Position numbers and translations under genes: made by a program. 64,000 nucleotides of DNA, from the IMG/VR virus record IMGVR_UViG_3300023202_000336, positions 96,001 through 160,000 of that record, one strand, 5' to 3'. Positions 25,860 to 34,401 of this stretch are shown piece after piece (the stretch's first letter is position 1; each line of letters opens with the position of its first letter). The stretch is from a virus. Below the pieces are notes generated by a model, which saw only the letters and a list, made by a program, of their open reading frames with translations, did not search any database and was not told where the DNA came from.

Positions 25860-27388
25860 CGGACACCGCCGAACTGGTATACGTGATAAGAGATTCGCTG
25901 AAGAGCGATCTGCTGAGAGAGCTGGAAATAGAGGTTGAAGAGGACTCGTTGACTTTTCCGGCTACCGACGATGAAGAAGAGTTCACTATCGAATGCTGGC
26001 GTTTCCCGAAAGAAGAGGTGAGTAAGTTAATTGATTATGGGTACAACTGTACCTCGCTCGCTACTCCTACTAACGAAGACCTTGGGGAAGAGATTCCGGA
26101 GGGGCGAAAGATCGAATTCTTGGCTCTGATGAATCCGGACAATTCCCCCGCACATCACGATGTAGATCCTCGTGAAAGATTCACGGTCGATATCAATAGC
26201 TGGAACAGCCCAGCGCCCGAAAAATTCAAGAGTCGAATCAAGGAGATATTCGAGGAGAGGCTGATGCCGGTAGTTCGAAAGAACATCGGCATTACGGTCC
26301 CTCACGCCGTAAAGGCGTCCACGGTTACTGAGGGAAACACTTTCATCGTCCATGTATGGTCCTCTCCGGTCAGTGCGCCAGACCATGGATATGTTGTTCC
26401 TCCGCAGATGTGGGGAATACCAGTTCCTTGCGTCGATGGTAGTTCCCTTGGGATATGGGCGGACGGTAATCCAGTTATAACAGAGGAAGGTGATGAAGTC
26501 GCTGCTTTCGATGAATATAATCTCTACATCTATTTCGACGCTGTTGAGACCGGCAGTGAAAGTGAGGTTGCTATTCTCGAAAAGATCGCAGAAAGTGTCG
26601 CAACGCAACTTCGTGATGGCCTCGAATACGATCTCGATAAAGTAAAGACTAGTTATATAAAGCAGTGTGGTAAGCGTGTAGAGATGCAGAAGAAAAATCT
26701 TAAGAAGCAGATGACGGATCTCGAAACTAGAGCTACAGAGTTGCAGCAGGAGATGGTGCGTACTCTGCGAGAACATAAGGAAGCTCGAGTACGGGTGGAA
26801 ACGTTCGATAAGCATTCAGATGACATTAACAAGATGCTTTCGGAAGAGTTCGACGCGCTTACCGAGATGCCGAAAATCGAGAGGGTGGAGTACCGTGGTA
26901 ACAGTCTCGCTGTTCATACGAAAACTCTTTTCTGTACCGACCCGAGGACCGATAAGGTACACGAAATCGGGGCTTTCAAGCTGGTTATCGATGAGCTGAG
27001 AGGCGATGTATACTTCTATAACAAAACGAGAAAGATAAATGCGTATAAAGCTCAAATGAACGGTCCCCACCTCTTCCCCGACGGGAGAGCGTGTCTCGGG
27101 AACATGACGAAGGTGTTTCCGCAGCTCATTTCGAGTTATGAGTGGAGCGCGGCTATCAACATGGCGTTGAGTTTTATCGAGCACGTAAATGTGGACGATA
27201 CCGCCGGCGCCCATATCGACATGTGGCCGATAGCTACTGACCCGAGTAAGGAACGTAGAGAAGCTGTGGAAGAGGTTGCTGAAGCCGCAGAGGTTGTAAC
27301 AGAAGGGCATGATGTCCCGGTTACAGAAAACACCGTACCCGCTGCTGCGACGGAAGACGCAGCAGATACCGTAGAAAGAGAGGGATAA
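25856..27388 (+). CDS. Prokaryotic E2-like (UBC fold) protein with N-terminal unknown domain and coiled coil (module 1)
   Basis: C-terminal NGPHLFPDGRACLGN...SFIEHVNVDD matches the HPH-x4-6-C-LG E2 signature; upstream of JAB and E1 genes. Confidence 0.7.
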   Translation: MTDTAELVYVIRDSLKSDLLRELEIEVEEDSLTFPATDDEEEFTIECWRFPKEEVSKLIDYGYNCTSLATPTNEDLGEEIPEGRKIEFLALMNPDNSPAHHDVDPRERFTVDINSWNSPAPEKFKSRIKEIFEERLMPVVRKNIGITVPHAVKASTVTEGNTFIVHVWSSPVSAPDHGYVVPPQMWGIPVPCVDGSSLGIWADGNPVITEEGDEVAAFDEYNLYIYFDAVETGSESEVAILEKIAESVATQLRDGLEYDLDKVKTSYIKQCGKRVEMQKKNLKKQMTDLETRATELQQEMVRTLREHKEARVRVETFDKHSDDINKMLSEEFDALTEMPKIERVEYRGNSLAVHTKTLFCTDPRTDKVHEIGAFKLVIDELRGDVYFYNKTRKINAYKAQMNGPHLFPDGRACLGNMTKVFPQLISSYEWSAAINMALSFIEHVNVDDTAGAHIDMWPIATDPSKERREAVEEVAEAAEVVTEGHDVPVTENTVPAAATEDAADTVEREG

Positions 27389-27393
27389 GATAG

Positions 27394-28062
27394 ATGTTTC
27401 TCCCCCATAGTTTCAAAACAGAAGTAGGGGGCGTTCCCGAGATAATCATCTCTCAGCAGGCGTACTACGACATGTGGACCATCGTCGACAAAGTTACGAC
27501 CGAAGTGGGGTGGATGGGAACAGCTCACCGTAGAGACGACGGCAATCTTTTCATCGAAGAAATTCTCTTGCTGAAGCAGCAGTGCCACTCGACCACTACC
27601 GAGATGTCCCCTGAGGGGTACGCAGATGCTGTTACGCGTCTTGCGATGGAGGACGCCGAGAAAGGAATCAATCCGGAGTCGCCAGACTACAGGGCCAACA
27701 AACTTTTCTTCTGGGGCCATTCTCACGTAAACATGGATACGTCTCCTTCGTCGCAAGACGATGCCCAGATCGAAATATTCAGAGGCGATGGATGTCCGTG
27801 GTTTATCCGCGGCATCTTCAACAAGAAGAAGAGAGCAGAGTTCACTGTATTTTTCTTCGACGCGAATCTGGCGGTCATAGACTGCCCGTGGTCGATAGAG
27901 GCTACCGTCGACGATGGTAGAAGAGAATTCTGGGAGAAGGAAATCAGTGATAAGGTCAGTACTTTCTCGTCGAGCTCGTATTACGGAAGTAACAAGCACA
28001 AAGGCAGCAGCTATACCCCTCGTAGGACGGGTGGTCAGTTCAGTGATCGGTGGAGTAAGTAA
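27394..28062 (+). CDS. JAB/MPN+ metallopeptidase (module 1)
   Basis: TEVGW glutamate plus WGHSHVNMDTSPSSQD (HxH-x7-S-x2-D). Confidence 0.85.
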   Translation: MFLPHSFKTEVGGVPEIIISQQAYYDMWTIVDKVTTEVGWMGTAHRRDDGNLFIEEILLLKQQCHSTTTEMSPEGYADAVTRLAMEDAEKGINPESPDYRANKLFFWGHSHVNMDTSPSSQDDAQIEIFRGDGCPWFIRGIFNKKKRAEFTVFFFDANLAVIDCPWSIEATVDDGRREFWEKEISDKVSTFSSSSYYGSNKHKGSSYTPRRTGGQFSDRWSK

Positions 28063-28769
28063 TGAGCGATACCGTGGATACTCTTCGGCATATCAAGGTA
28101 TTCGACGCCGAGGAGTTCGCGAGCAAGCGGGTCGACGTGATAGGGGCCGGAGCTACCGGCTCCCGAATCGCGCTCGCGTTGGCGAAGCTCGGGATCACGA
28201 ATCTTCACGTGTGGGATTTCGATAAGATAGAGTCTCATAATATAGCTAATCAGGCTTACGGACTTAAAGATGTCGGTAAGCCGAAAGTACGTGCGTTGGA
28301 AGAGCTTATTCACGAGCAGACGGGGATTAGTATCGCTCCTCACGAAGAGGCTGCTACGAAAGAGTCCGATCTGGGAGCATATGTGTTCCTTCTCACGGAT
28401 ACCATGGCTTCGAGAAAAGAGATTTGGAAAGGTGCTTTGAAGTACAAAGCCCACGTAGAACTCGTCGTAGAAACGAGGATGGGAATCAGCGAAGGAAGAG
28501 TCTATTCCGTAGTTCCGTCAGAACCGGCGGAAGTTTCATTTTACGAAAAGACGTTCTGCGACGATGACGAAGCAGAGGAGAGCATGTGCGGTGCTCGGAC
28601 CGTAGTCGGCTCCACCGCTGAGTTGGTGAGCGGCTACGCTGTGTGGGCTTTTCTCAGGTACTATAAGTATAATCTCGAACGAAAAGAAGAGCGACCAGAG
28701 GTAGAAATGCTGTTTTTTGCCAGCCCGGCAATGACTATGACGAACTCGCCGAAACCGGTGCTCGTCTAA
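28062..28769 (+). CDS. ThiF/E1-like ubiquitin-activating enzyme (module 1)
   Basis: VIGAGATGS, WDFDKIESHNIANQ, GKPKV; candidate catalytic Cys in ESMCG; no CxxC zinc pairs. Confidence 0.9.
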   Translation: MSDTVDTLRHIKVFDAEEFASKRVDVIGAGATGSRIALALAKLGITNLHVWDFDKIESHNIANQAYGLKDVGKPKVRALEELIHEQTGISIAPHEEAATKESDLGAYVFLLTDTMASRKEIWKGALKYKAHVELVVETRMGISEGRVYSVVPSEPAEVSFYEKTFCDDDEAEESMCGARTVVGSTAELVSGYAVWAFLRYYKYNLERKEERPEVEMLFFASPAMTMTNSPKPVLV

Positions 28770-28795
28770 CCAACTTCAAAAGGGAAGAACAAACT

Positions 28796-29047
28796 ATGAT
28801 CGACATTTCCATCGGAGCGCCTCCCCGCTCTCCCATGCGCACCGTCACCGTCCCCGACGATGCTTCCGTCGCGGATGCCATCGAAGCGGCTGGGCTCAAC
28901 GGCCCGGAGTATCGGAACTTCGAGATCCGGGCGGGCGGCAACCACATCGATCACCCCGAGCGCGAACGCGCCACTCCGGGGATGACGGTGATCCTGGCCC
29001 CTCAGGTGAAGGGGAACGAGTTCGAAATTCGCATCAAGACACGATAG
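28796..29047 (+). CDS. Ubiquitin-like (beta-grasp) protein with a VKG|NEFEIRIKTR pro-tail (module 1)
   Basis: 83 aa; TVTVPDDASVADAI...EIRAGG...GMTVILAPQVKG pattern; follows the E1 gene. Confidence 0.75.
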   Translation: MIDISIGAPPRSPMRTVTVPDDASVADAIEAAGLNGPEYRNFEIRAGGNHIDHPERERATPGMTVILAPQVKGNEFEIRIKTR

Positions 29048-29060
29048 ATGGCCAGAAATA

Positions 29061-29084
29061 CCGGGGAGGAATCGTTCTCCCCGG
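29061..29084 (+). promoter_or_regulatory. GC-rich hairpin after the Ubl gene (stabilising or partial terminator)
   Basis: ccggggag-gaatcgtt-ctccccgg; no U-tract. Confidence 0.5.
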
Positions 29085-29110
29085 CGTCATCTATGAGGAA
29101 GTGAGATAGC

Positions 29111-31474
29111 ATGATTACGAGAGTAAAAATTAAGAACTTCGGCGTTCATAAGTATATGGATATCGAGTTAGAAAAAGGTATAAACGGGATCATTGGTACG
29201 AATGGTTCCGGTAAATCAACGATACTCGAAGCTATTAGATTCGGATTTACTGGTCAGGTATCTATGTCGGGGAATAAAGACGATAATGTTTCATGGGGCG
29301 AAGATCGCGGTAGTGTAGAGATTTGGTTCACGTACGGTGACACTGATTATCAGCTGAAACGTACTCTTGGAGCTGGTTCTTCTCAGCGTCTGATCACCCC
29401 GGAAGACACTTATCGTCGAAAGACTGAAATCGAGCAGTATTTGAGAGAGCTTCTCGGCGCGAGTGCTGACGCGCTTTTGAACAATATTTTTCCTCCACAA
29501 GGAGATATAGATAAGATACTTTTCGATACGCGTACCCAACGTTTGAAAGAGATGCAGCAAACCGTAGGGCTCCAAAGAGCTGCGGAAGCTGAAAAAGCCC
29601 TCGGTAACGAGATTAACAGTTATATATTAACGATAGGTCTTGACGCACAGATAGAGGCAATCGAAGAAGAATTTGAAAAAGTAGACGAAGAGCTGAAAGA
29701 TGCCACTCGACATAAAAGTTCAGTAGATGACGAGATAGATTGTCTCGAAACCTATAGAGATAAGCTCAACGAGTTCATGATTTCGCAAGAAAATAGGGTC
29801 ATATTGGATGATACCAAAAAGGAAATAGACGGCCTCGAACGAGAGCTCTACAAATCTAATCATGAGCGTCTTGAAATATCCAGTCATATAGAGGCAATGG
29901 CGTATCTTCGTGACTCGAAGAAACCGCTCGTAGAGGATGCTCAGGAGAAACTTCTCGACATCAGGTCGAGAGAGAAACAGATCAAAACGGTCGAATCTTT
30001 GAAAGAGAAACTCGTAAAGATAGATAAAGCGATAGTGGATCTCACAGAGTCGCGAGATGACCTTCTCGATATTATAGAGTCTAAGGAAGATCTCTTACGA
30101 AAGAAGCGTTCCAAGCTCGATCAATTAGTAGACATCGAGAAGGAAAAGATCCCATACCCGGAGACAGAAGAGGAAAAAGAATATAAAGAAGAATATCAGA
30201 ACATCGCAGCTGAGCTCGATGATCTGACGAAAAAGGAGCTGTTTTCGGAAGAGCTGGACGATCTTCAGAAGAAGTTAGAGGGTAGGAATCTCATGCTCGA
30301 GTCTATCGACGAGGGTAGCTGCTACGCATGCGGAGCTCCTGTAGACGACGTTAAGAGGGCCTTTGTTGAGAATGAAATAGAGGAGCTAGAAGGGTCGATT
30401 TCGGAGGTTTCAAAGGCTCTTCGCGCAGAACGCGATGAGAAGGTACGCGAGTTGACCGAGTATCTCTCTGGTCTCGAAAAGAAAATAGAGTATTACATTA
30501 AGACGGCCCGCGAGGTAATATCCTCGAGAAGAAAGAAAATCGAAAAAGAAGTAGAGGAGCTCGAGAATGACTTGAAGATGCTCAGGTCCGAGAAAGAAAC
30601 GCTCGGCGAGCTTCGTGCAAAGAAAACAGCAGTAGAAGAGCAGATATCCAATAACGAAGTAGTAGAGTCTCATGACGTGGATATCGACGAGCTTAAGAGC
30701 ACGGTCGATAAATACGATAAGGTTCTTACGAAATTGAGTGATCTCGAGAGCGAACTTAAGTTAAAGGAACAGAAAATAGAGAATATAGAATCCTCGTTAC
30801 AGCGAGCTAATGAAAGGAAAGAAAAGATAGAAAGTAATACCGTCAGTTTTAGTGATGAGGAAATAGCTGAGGCGAAGGAGAAAGTGGACGTTCTTGCTGA
30901 GAGACTAAATTTTCGTAAGAGCCTCATAGAGGCCCTCACTGGACTGGAAGTGAAATATAAGGAATACTCTTCTTCGCTTAAGAGCCTTCATGAGAAATAT
31001 GAGAGGGAAAAGAAAGATCAAGAATGGGTGAAATTCTGTAAAAAAGTAAGAGACGTGTTTCATGTAAGTGCACTTCCGTCCCTCGCCATGAGAGAATACG
31101 CGACGGTACTGAACAAGCGTGTCGACTACTATCTGTCTACGTGGGAGGCTCATTTTACTATGGAGCTCGACGAAGAGCTGTCATTTATAGCTAAATTCGA
31201 CGATAGAATACATCCGGCGAAGAGGTTGTCGGGTGGACAAAGGATAATTGCGAGTACAAGTTTTAGACTCGCGATGGGTGATACGTTCGCCAAACGCGTC
31301 GGATTGCTAGTTTTAGATGAGCCATCAGTCTATCTAGACAAAGATAACATCATACATCTACAGAGACTTTTACTGAAGTTGAAGGAGCTGGCCGGCGCGA
31401 CCGGTAAACAGATCCTCTTGGTTACACACGAAGAGACATTAAGTGGTTTCTTCGATAACATCATCAGACTGTAA
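29111..31474 (+). CDS. sbcC: Rad50/SbcC-like SMC ATPase
   Basis: Walker A GTNGSGKST, long coiled coil with CYAC zinc hook, LSGGQ signature, Walker B LLVLDEP, VTH. Confidence 0.92.
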   Translation: MITRVKIKNFGVHKYMDIELEKGINGIIGTNGSGKSTILEAIRFGFTGQVSMSGNKDDNVSWGEDRGSVEIWFTYGDTDYQLKRTLGAGSSQRLITPEDTYRRKTEIEQYLRELLGASADALLNNIFPPQGDIDKILFDTRTQRLKEMQQTVGLQRAAEAEKALGNEINSYILTIGLDAQIEAIEEEFEKVDEELKDATRHKSSVDDEIDCLETYRDKLNEFMISQENRVILDDTKKEIDGLERELYKSNHERLEISSHIEAMAYLRDSKKPLVEDAQEKLLDIRSREKQIKTVESLKEKLVKIDKAIVDLTESRDDLLDIIESKEDLLRKKRSKLDQLVDIEKEKIPYPETEEEKEYKEEYQNIAAELDDLTKKELFSEELDDLQKKLEGRNLMLESIDEGSCYACGAPVDDVKRAFVENEIEELEGSISEVSKALRAERDEKVRELTEYLSGLEKKIEYYIKTAREVISSRRKKIEKEVEELENDLKMLRSEKETLGELRAKKTAVEEQISNNEVVESHDVDIDELKSTVDKYDKVLTKLSDLESELKLKEQKIENIESSLQRANERKEKIESNTVSFSDEEIAEAKEKVDVLAERLNFRKSLIEALTGLEVKYKEYSSSLKSLHEKYEREKKDQEWVKFCKKVRDVFHVSALPSLAMREYATVLNKRVDYYLSTWEAHFTMELDEELSFIAKFDDRIHPAKRLSGGQRIIASTSFRLAMGDTFAKRVGLLVLDEPSVYLDKDNIIHLQRLLLKLKELAGATGKQILLVTHEETLSGFFDNIIRL

Positions 31475-31488
31475 AAAAGGGTCACATA

Positions 31489-32226
31489 ATGCCCAGAATC
31501 ACTTTCATCAACGACGACGGCGCCGGATTCGGATCCCCGCGCGAGGTCCCCTACGGCACCACCATGGCCGGTCTCTTCCGCGAGATCTGGCCGACGGGTA
31601 ATCCGGAGCACTTCCGGTTTACTCTCAACGGTCGCTCCGCTACCGGTGACGATCGTCTCTCGGATGGCGATCGTGTCGCCATGATCGCCGCTACCGACGA
31701 GGCGCGTTACCCGGGTTACGGCCAGCGCCTCGGCGGTACCGTCGGTGGTTATGGTGCGGTCGACCGCGATGGTGGCGACCGCGTCGCTTTCATCGCTCCG
31801 CACGGCACCGGTTTCGCCGATTGGTACTACATCCGTCCTGGTACCACTCTCGAGCAGTTCGTTTATGAGCGTCTCGGTCGTCATTTCGACGTTCGCAATC
31901 ACGTCATCAGCGTCGATGGCGTTCAGGGTCCCCCGGCCTCGCAGGTTCTCCGGGCGAACAACCATATCTCGGTCACTCCGCGCAACATCAAGGCTGCGTC
32001 GGATGTCGAGATCACCCTCATCAAGGGTTCCGGTGCCGGTTATGCGGCTCGTCGGCGTATCCCCCAGGGGACCACGCTCGGCGAGCTGTTTCACCGGGAG
32101 ACCGAGGGTGACGATCCGGAGCGGACTCACATCATCAAGCTCAACGGTGAGACCGCCACCCGCGATCGGGTTCTCGAGAACGGCGACTCGGTGACGATCT
32201 CTCCGAAGAACGTCAAAGGCGCCTGA
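31489..32226 (+). CDS. Multi-ubiquitin protein, three tandem Ubl domains ending in NVKG|A (module 2)
   Basis: Three repeats of GxG...GTT[ML]..LF...[LV][ND]G...L..[GN][DN].[VI]; Gly-rich linker after domain 1. Confidence 0.8.
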   Translation: MPRITFINDDGAGFGSPREVPYGTTMAGLFREIWPTGNPEHFRFTLNGRSATGDDRLSDGDRVAMIAATDEARYPGYGQRLGGTVGGYGAVDRDGGDRVAFIAPHGTGFADWYYIRPGTTLEQFVYERLGRHFDVRNHVISVDGVQGPPASQVLRANNHISVTPRNIKAASDVEITLIKGSGAGYAARRRIPQGTTLGELFHRETEGDDPERTHIIKLNGETATRDRVLENGDSVTISPKNVKGA

Positions 32227-32233
32227 GCAGTTA

Positions 32234-32270
32234 GAGGGGAGGCAGCATTCGTCTGCCTCCCCTCGTTTTT
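32234..32270 (+). terminator. Intrinsic terminator after the multi-Ubl gene
   Basis: gaggggaggcag-cattcgt-ctgcctcccctc followed by gttttt. Confidence 0.85.
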
Positions 32271-32328
32271 GTTTACCCCATCTCACCACGATCGAGAGAT
32301 CGAGAGATCGAAAACCATAAGGAGCGTT

Positions 32329-34401
32329 ATGGCCTCAATCGAGGATACTCTGCAAGGAACGTTCGTTCCTACTCCTCATCAGATCCAGAAGTACAAGTTC
32401 GTAGGTGATGATCTCTCCATATACCCGTGCGAAGGGCTCGAAGAGCGTAGGTTCCTAAGGCTTTTGATGCTCGCTGCAAGATTCTATAGTATTCTCTGTG
32501 AGAACGAAGGTAAGACGGCTCTCAATAGAAACAGGCAGTTGATACAGTCAGAGATTGAAGGATTCTCGCGATCGATCAATAATCTCCGAAGATCAGTTGG
32601 AGAGTTAAATCAAAAGAGTTCCGTGAAATTCATGAAGGAAGTTCAGAAGACTTCTGGATACGTGGAAGCTATGGAAAAGACGATAGGAGAAATAGTAGAC
32701 CGTGGAGTAGAGAAGTCGTCTCTTTTCGATTTTATGACGATCTATAAAGACTTCTACCATATGAGTGTCGGTGACGTTTACGAAGGGGTTTACCCCATTT
32801 TCTACGAAGATATCAAAAAAGACAAAAAGTTGGCAGTTATAGGTAAACCAGAGGCGGAAGTTTTTAATGACAAGATCGTAATACTTACAAAGCCGGCATC
32901 TATTAAGCACAATAAGAGAATTATTGACTTCGGAAACTATTTTATCACGTACTCTTTCCAGGTGTTGAACGATGCTTTACGGTCTGGAAACTCGGCTGCA
33001 ATTCATAGCGGTTTGCGCCTCTCATCGCCGTCTCCACGTTACCCAAAAGACGATGACGGGGATAATATACACCCTCACATATCCGGTAACGGTATGTGCA
33101 CAGGAGAGGCAGGTTACCGTATCTTGAGCTTTCTCCAGCAGGGCGTACTTTCAGGGGTTTTCCAACTCGTAAACAGCATCCTGAATACACTCGGATCAGG
33201 TCCCTACAGAGCGATCAGCGCCTGGGATCCTCGCCCGTCGTGTGCGGGGTGTGGCGAGATTATCGGTGAAGATGACGAAAGGGTCAATTGTTCTTCGAAT
33301 GGTGCAGCGCTTCACAAGTCGTGCGCATATGAAGACGAGGATGGGAACTTTCACGAACATCGCTTCGTCAAGACTTGTACCTTCTGTTTCAACGAGGGTG
33401 TTTTCGATGACAGGACTACGCGTGGAGGCAATGTCGGATGTCCTCTGTGCATTGAGGAGCTTTCGCGAGTCGAAAATCTCGTCAACGAAGGAAAGTTCCC
33501 TTGCCCGAACTGTAATCACGTTCATGAAGGCGAAGACGCGTTCGATCATAAGATAGAGCTCGGAGAGAAGGACTACGCGTGTACCAGATGTGTGAGCTGG
33601 GTCAGAGAGCCCAACGAGGACGGCGTCGGCACCTGTGAAGTAGAAGGAATAGGTCGCGTCACTACAAGTCGCATGATAACCCAGAGGAGTCGCCGCTCTT
33701 TTCCGCGTATTCCGAATATCGTCGTCTGCAGCTGCGGATCGAGAGTAGCCGAAGAAAATATCAGAAGAGACGATTTCGCAATGTCCAACTGTTGCCAGGT
33801 ATGCGACCCCGATAATCTCGGAATGTCTCAGTCGTTCCTTGCGCAGGTGCCTATCATGGAAGCGTGGCTGTGGAACTTTTACGGAACGCATATAGGTGAG
33901 ATGACGACGCAGTATTGCCGCCTCTATAGTTTCGTCGGCGAAGACGTTTCTGCCGAACGGGCTGCGAGCGTGGTCAAGAGATTGCGATGCTGGGAGATTA
34001 ACCTGAGTAGAACCATGTGCTACGTCGATCGCCATACCTCTCTGAGAGAGAAGGCCATATTCTGGGAAACCGTTTTAGCCGATACCGGCTTCATCATCCT
34101 GACCGCAGACGAGGAAAGCATCCGTATCCATGACGAAATCCAAAGATTCCGAACAGAAGACGCGACGCGCGCCGGTAACGCGCCGGAAGGCGTCCTCGAA
34201 AGAGAAAGAGAAAGGATCCAGGAAACCCTCCGGCGGCTCAGAGACTTCTTCTCCGGAAGAAGAGCCGCAAGAGATGAAGAAGGAAGAGAAGAAGAAGGAA
34301 GAGAAGAAGACGGAAGAGAAAGAACCGACGAAGATCGAGAAGAAATCCGAGCAGGCGAAGCAGGAGTCGTCGAGGCCGTCGATACCGGTGACGGCGCCTG
34401 A
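32329..34401 (+). CDS. Prokaryotic E2-like domain fused to multiple Cys/His zinc fingers and a charged tail (module 2)
   Basis: NIHPHISGNGMCTGE E2 signature; then CAGC...C...HKSC, CTFC/CPLC, CPNC/CTRC, CSC/CCQVC; AAGGAG RBS before ATG 32329. Confidence 0.7.
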   Translation: MASIEDTLQGTFVPTPHQIQKYKFVGDDLSIYPCEGLEERRFLRLLMLAARFYSILCENEGKTALNRNRQLIQSEIEGFSRSINNLRRSVGELNQKSSVKFMKEVQKTSGYVEAMEKTIGEIVDRGVEKSSLFDFMTIYKDFYHMSVGDVYEGVYPIFYEDIKKDKKLAVIGKPEAEVFNDKIVILTKPASIKHNKRIIDFGNYFITYSFQVLNDALRSGNSAAIHSGLRLSSPSPRYPKDDDGDNIHPHISGNGMCTGEAGYRILSFLQQGVLSGVFQLVNSILNTLGSGPYRAISAWDPRPSCAGCGEIIGEDDERVNCSSNGAALHKSCAYEDEDGNFHEHRFVKTCTFCFNEGVFDDRTTRGGNVGCPLCIEELSRVENLVNEGKFPCPNCNHVHEGEDAFDHKIELGEKDYACTRCVSWVREPNEDGVGTCEVEGIGRVTTSRMITQRSRRSFPRIPNIVVCSCGSRVAEENIRRDDFAMSNCCQVCDPDNLGMSQSFLAQVPIMEAWLWNFYGTHIGEMTTQYCRLYSFVGEDVSAERAASVVKRLRCWEINLSRTMCYVDRHTSLREKAIFWETVLADTGFIILTADEESIRIHDEIQRFRTEDATRAGNAPEGVLERERERIQETLRRLRDFFSGRRAARDEEGREEEGREEDGRERTDEDREEIRAGEAGVVEAVDTGDGA
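34276..34320. repeat. Tandem 15-bp repeat x3 (encodes EEGRE)
   Basis: gaagaaggaagagaa, gaagaaggaagagaa, gaagacggaagagaa. Confidence 0.9.

Noticed and set aside
31330-32289. 319-aa antisense ORF over the multi-Ubl gene, and similar shadow ORFs (17864-18910, 27136-27999, 33196-34035, 48807-49730, 11711-12160, 9955-10461)
   Set aside because: They mirror GC3-biased sense genes, lack RBS and motifs, and are typical antisense shadows
34130-34387. N-terminal 86-aa extension of the module 2 JAB ORF, overlapping the E2 gene in another frame
   Set aside because: The purine-rich low-complexity repeat lacks stops in several frames; a GTG at 34388 gives a normal short overlap
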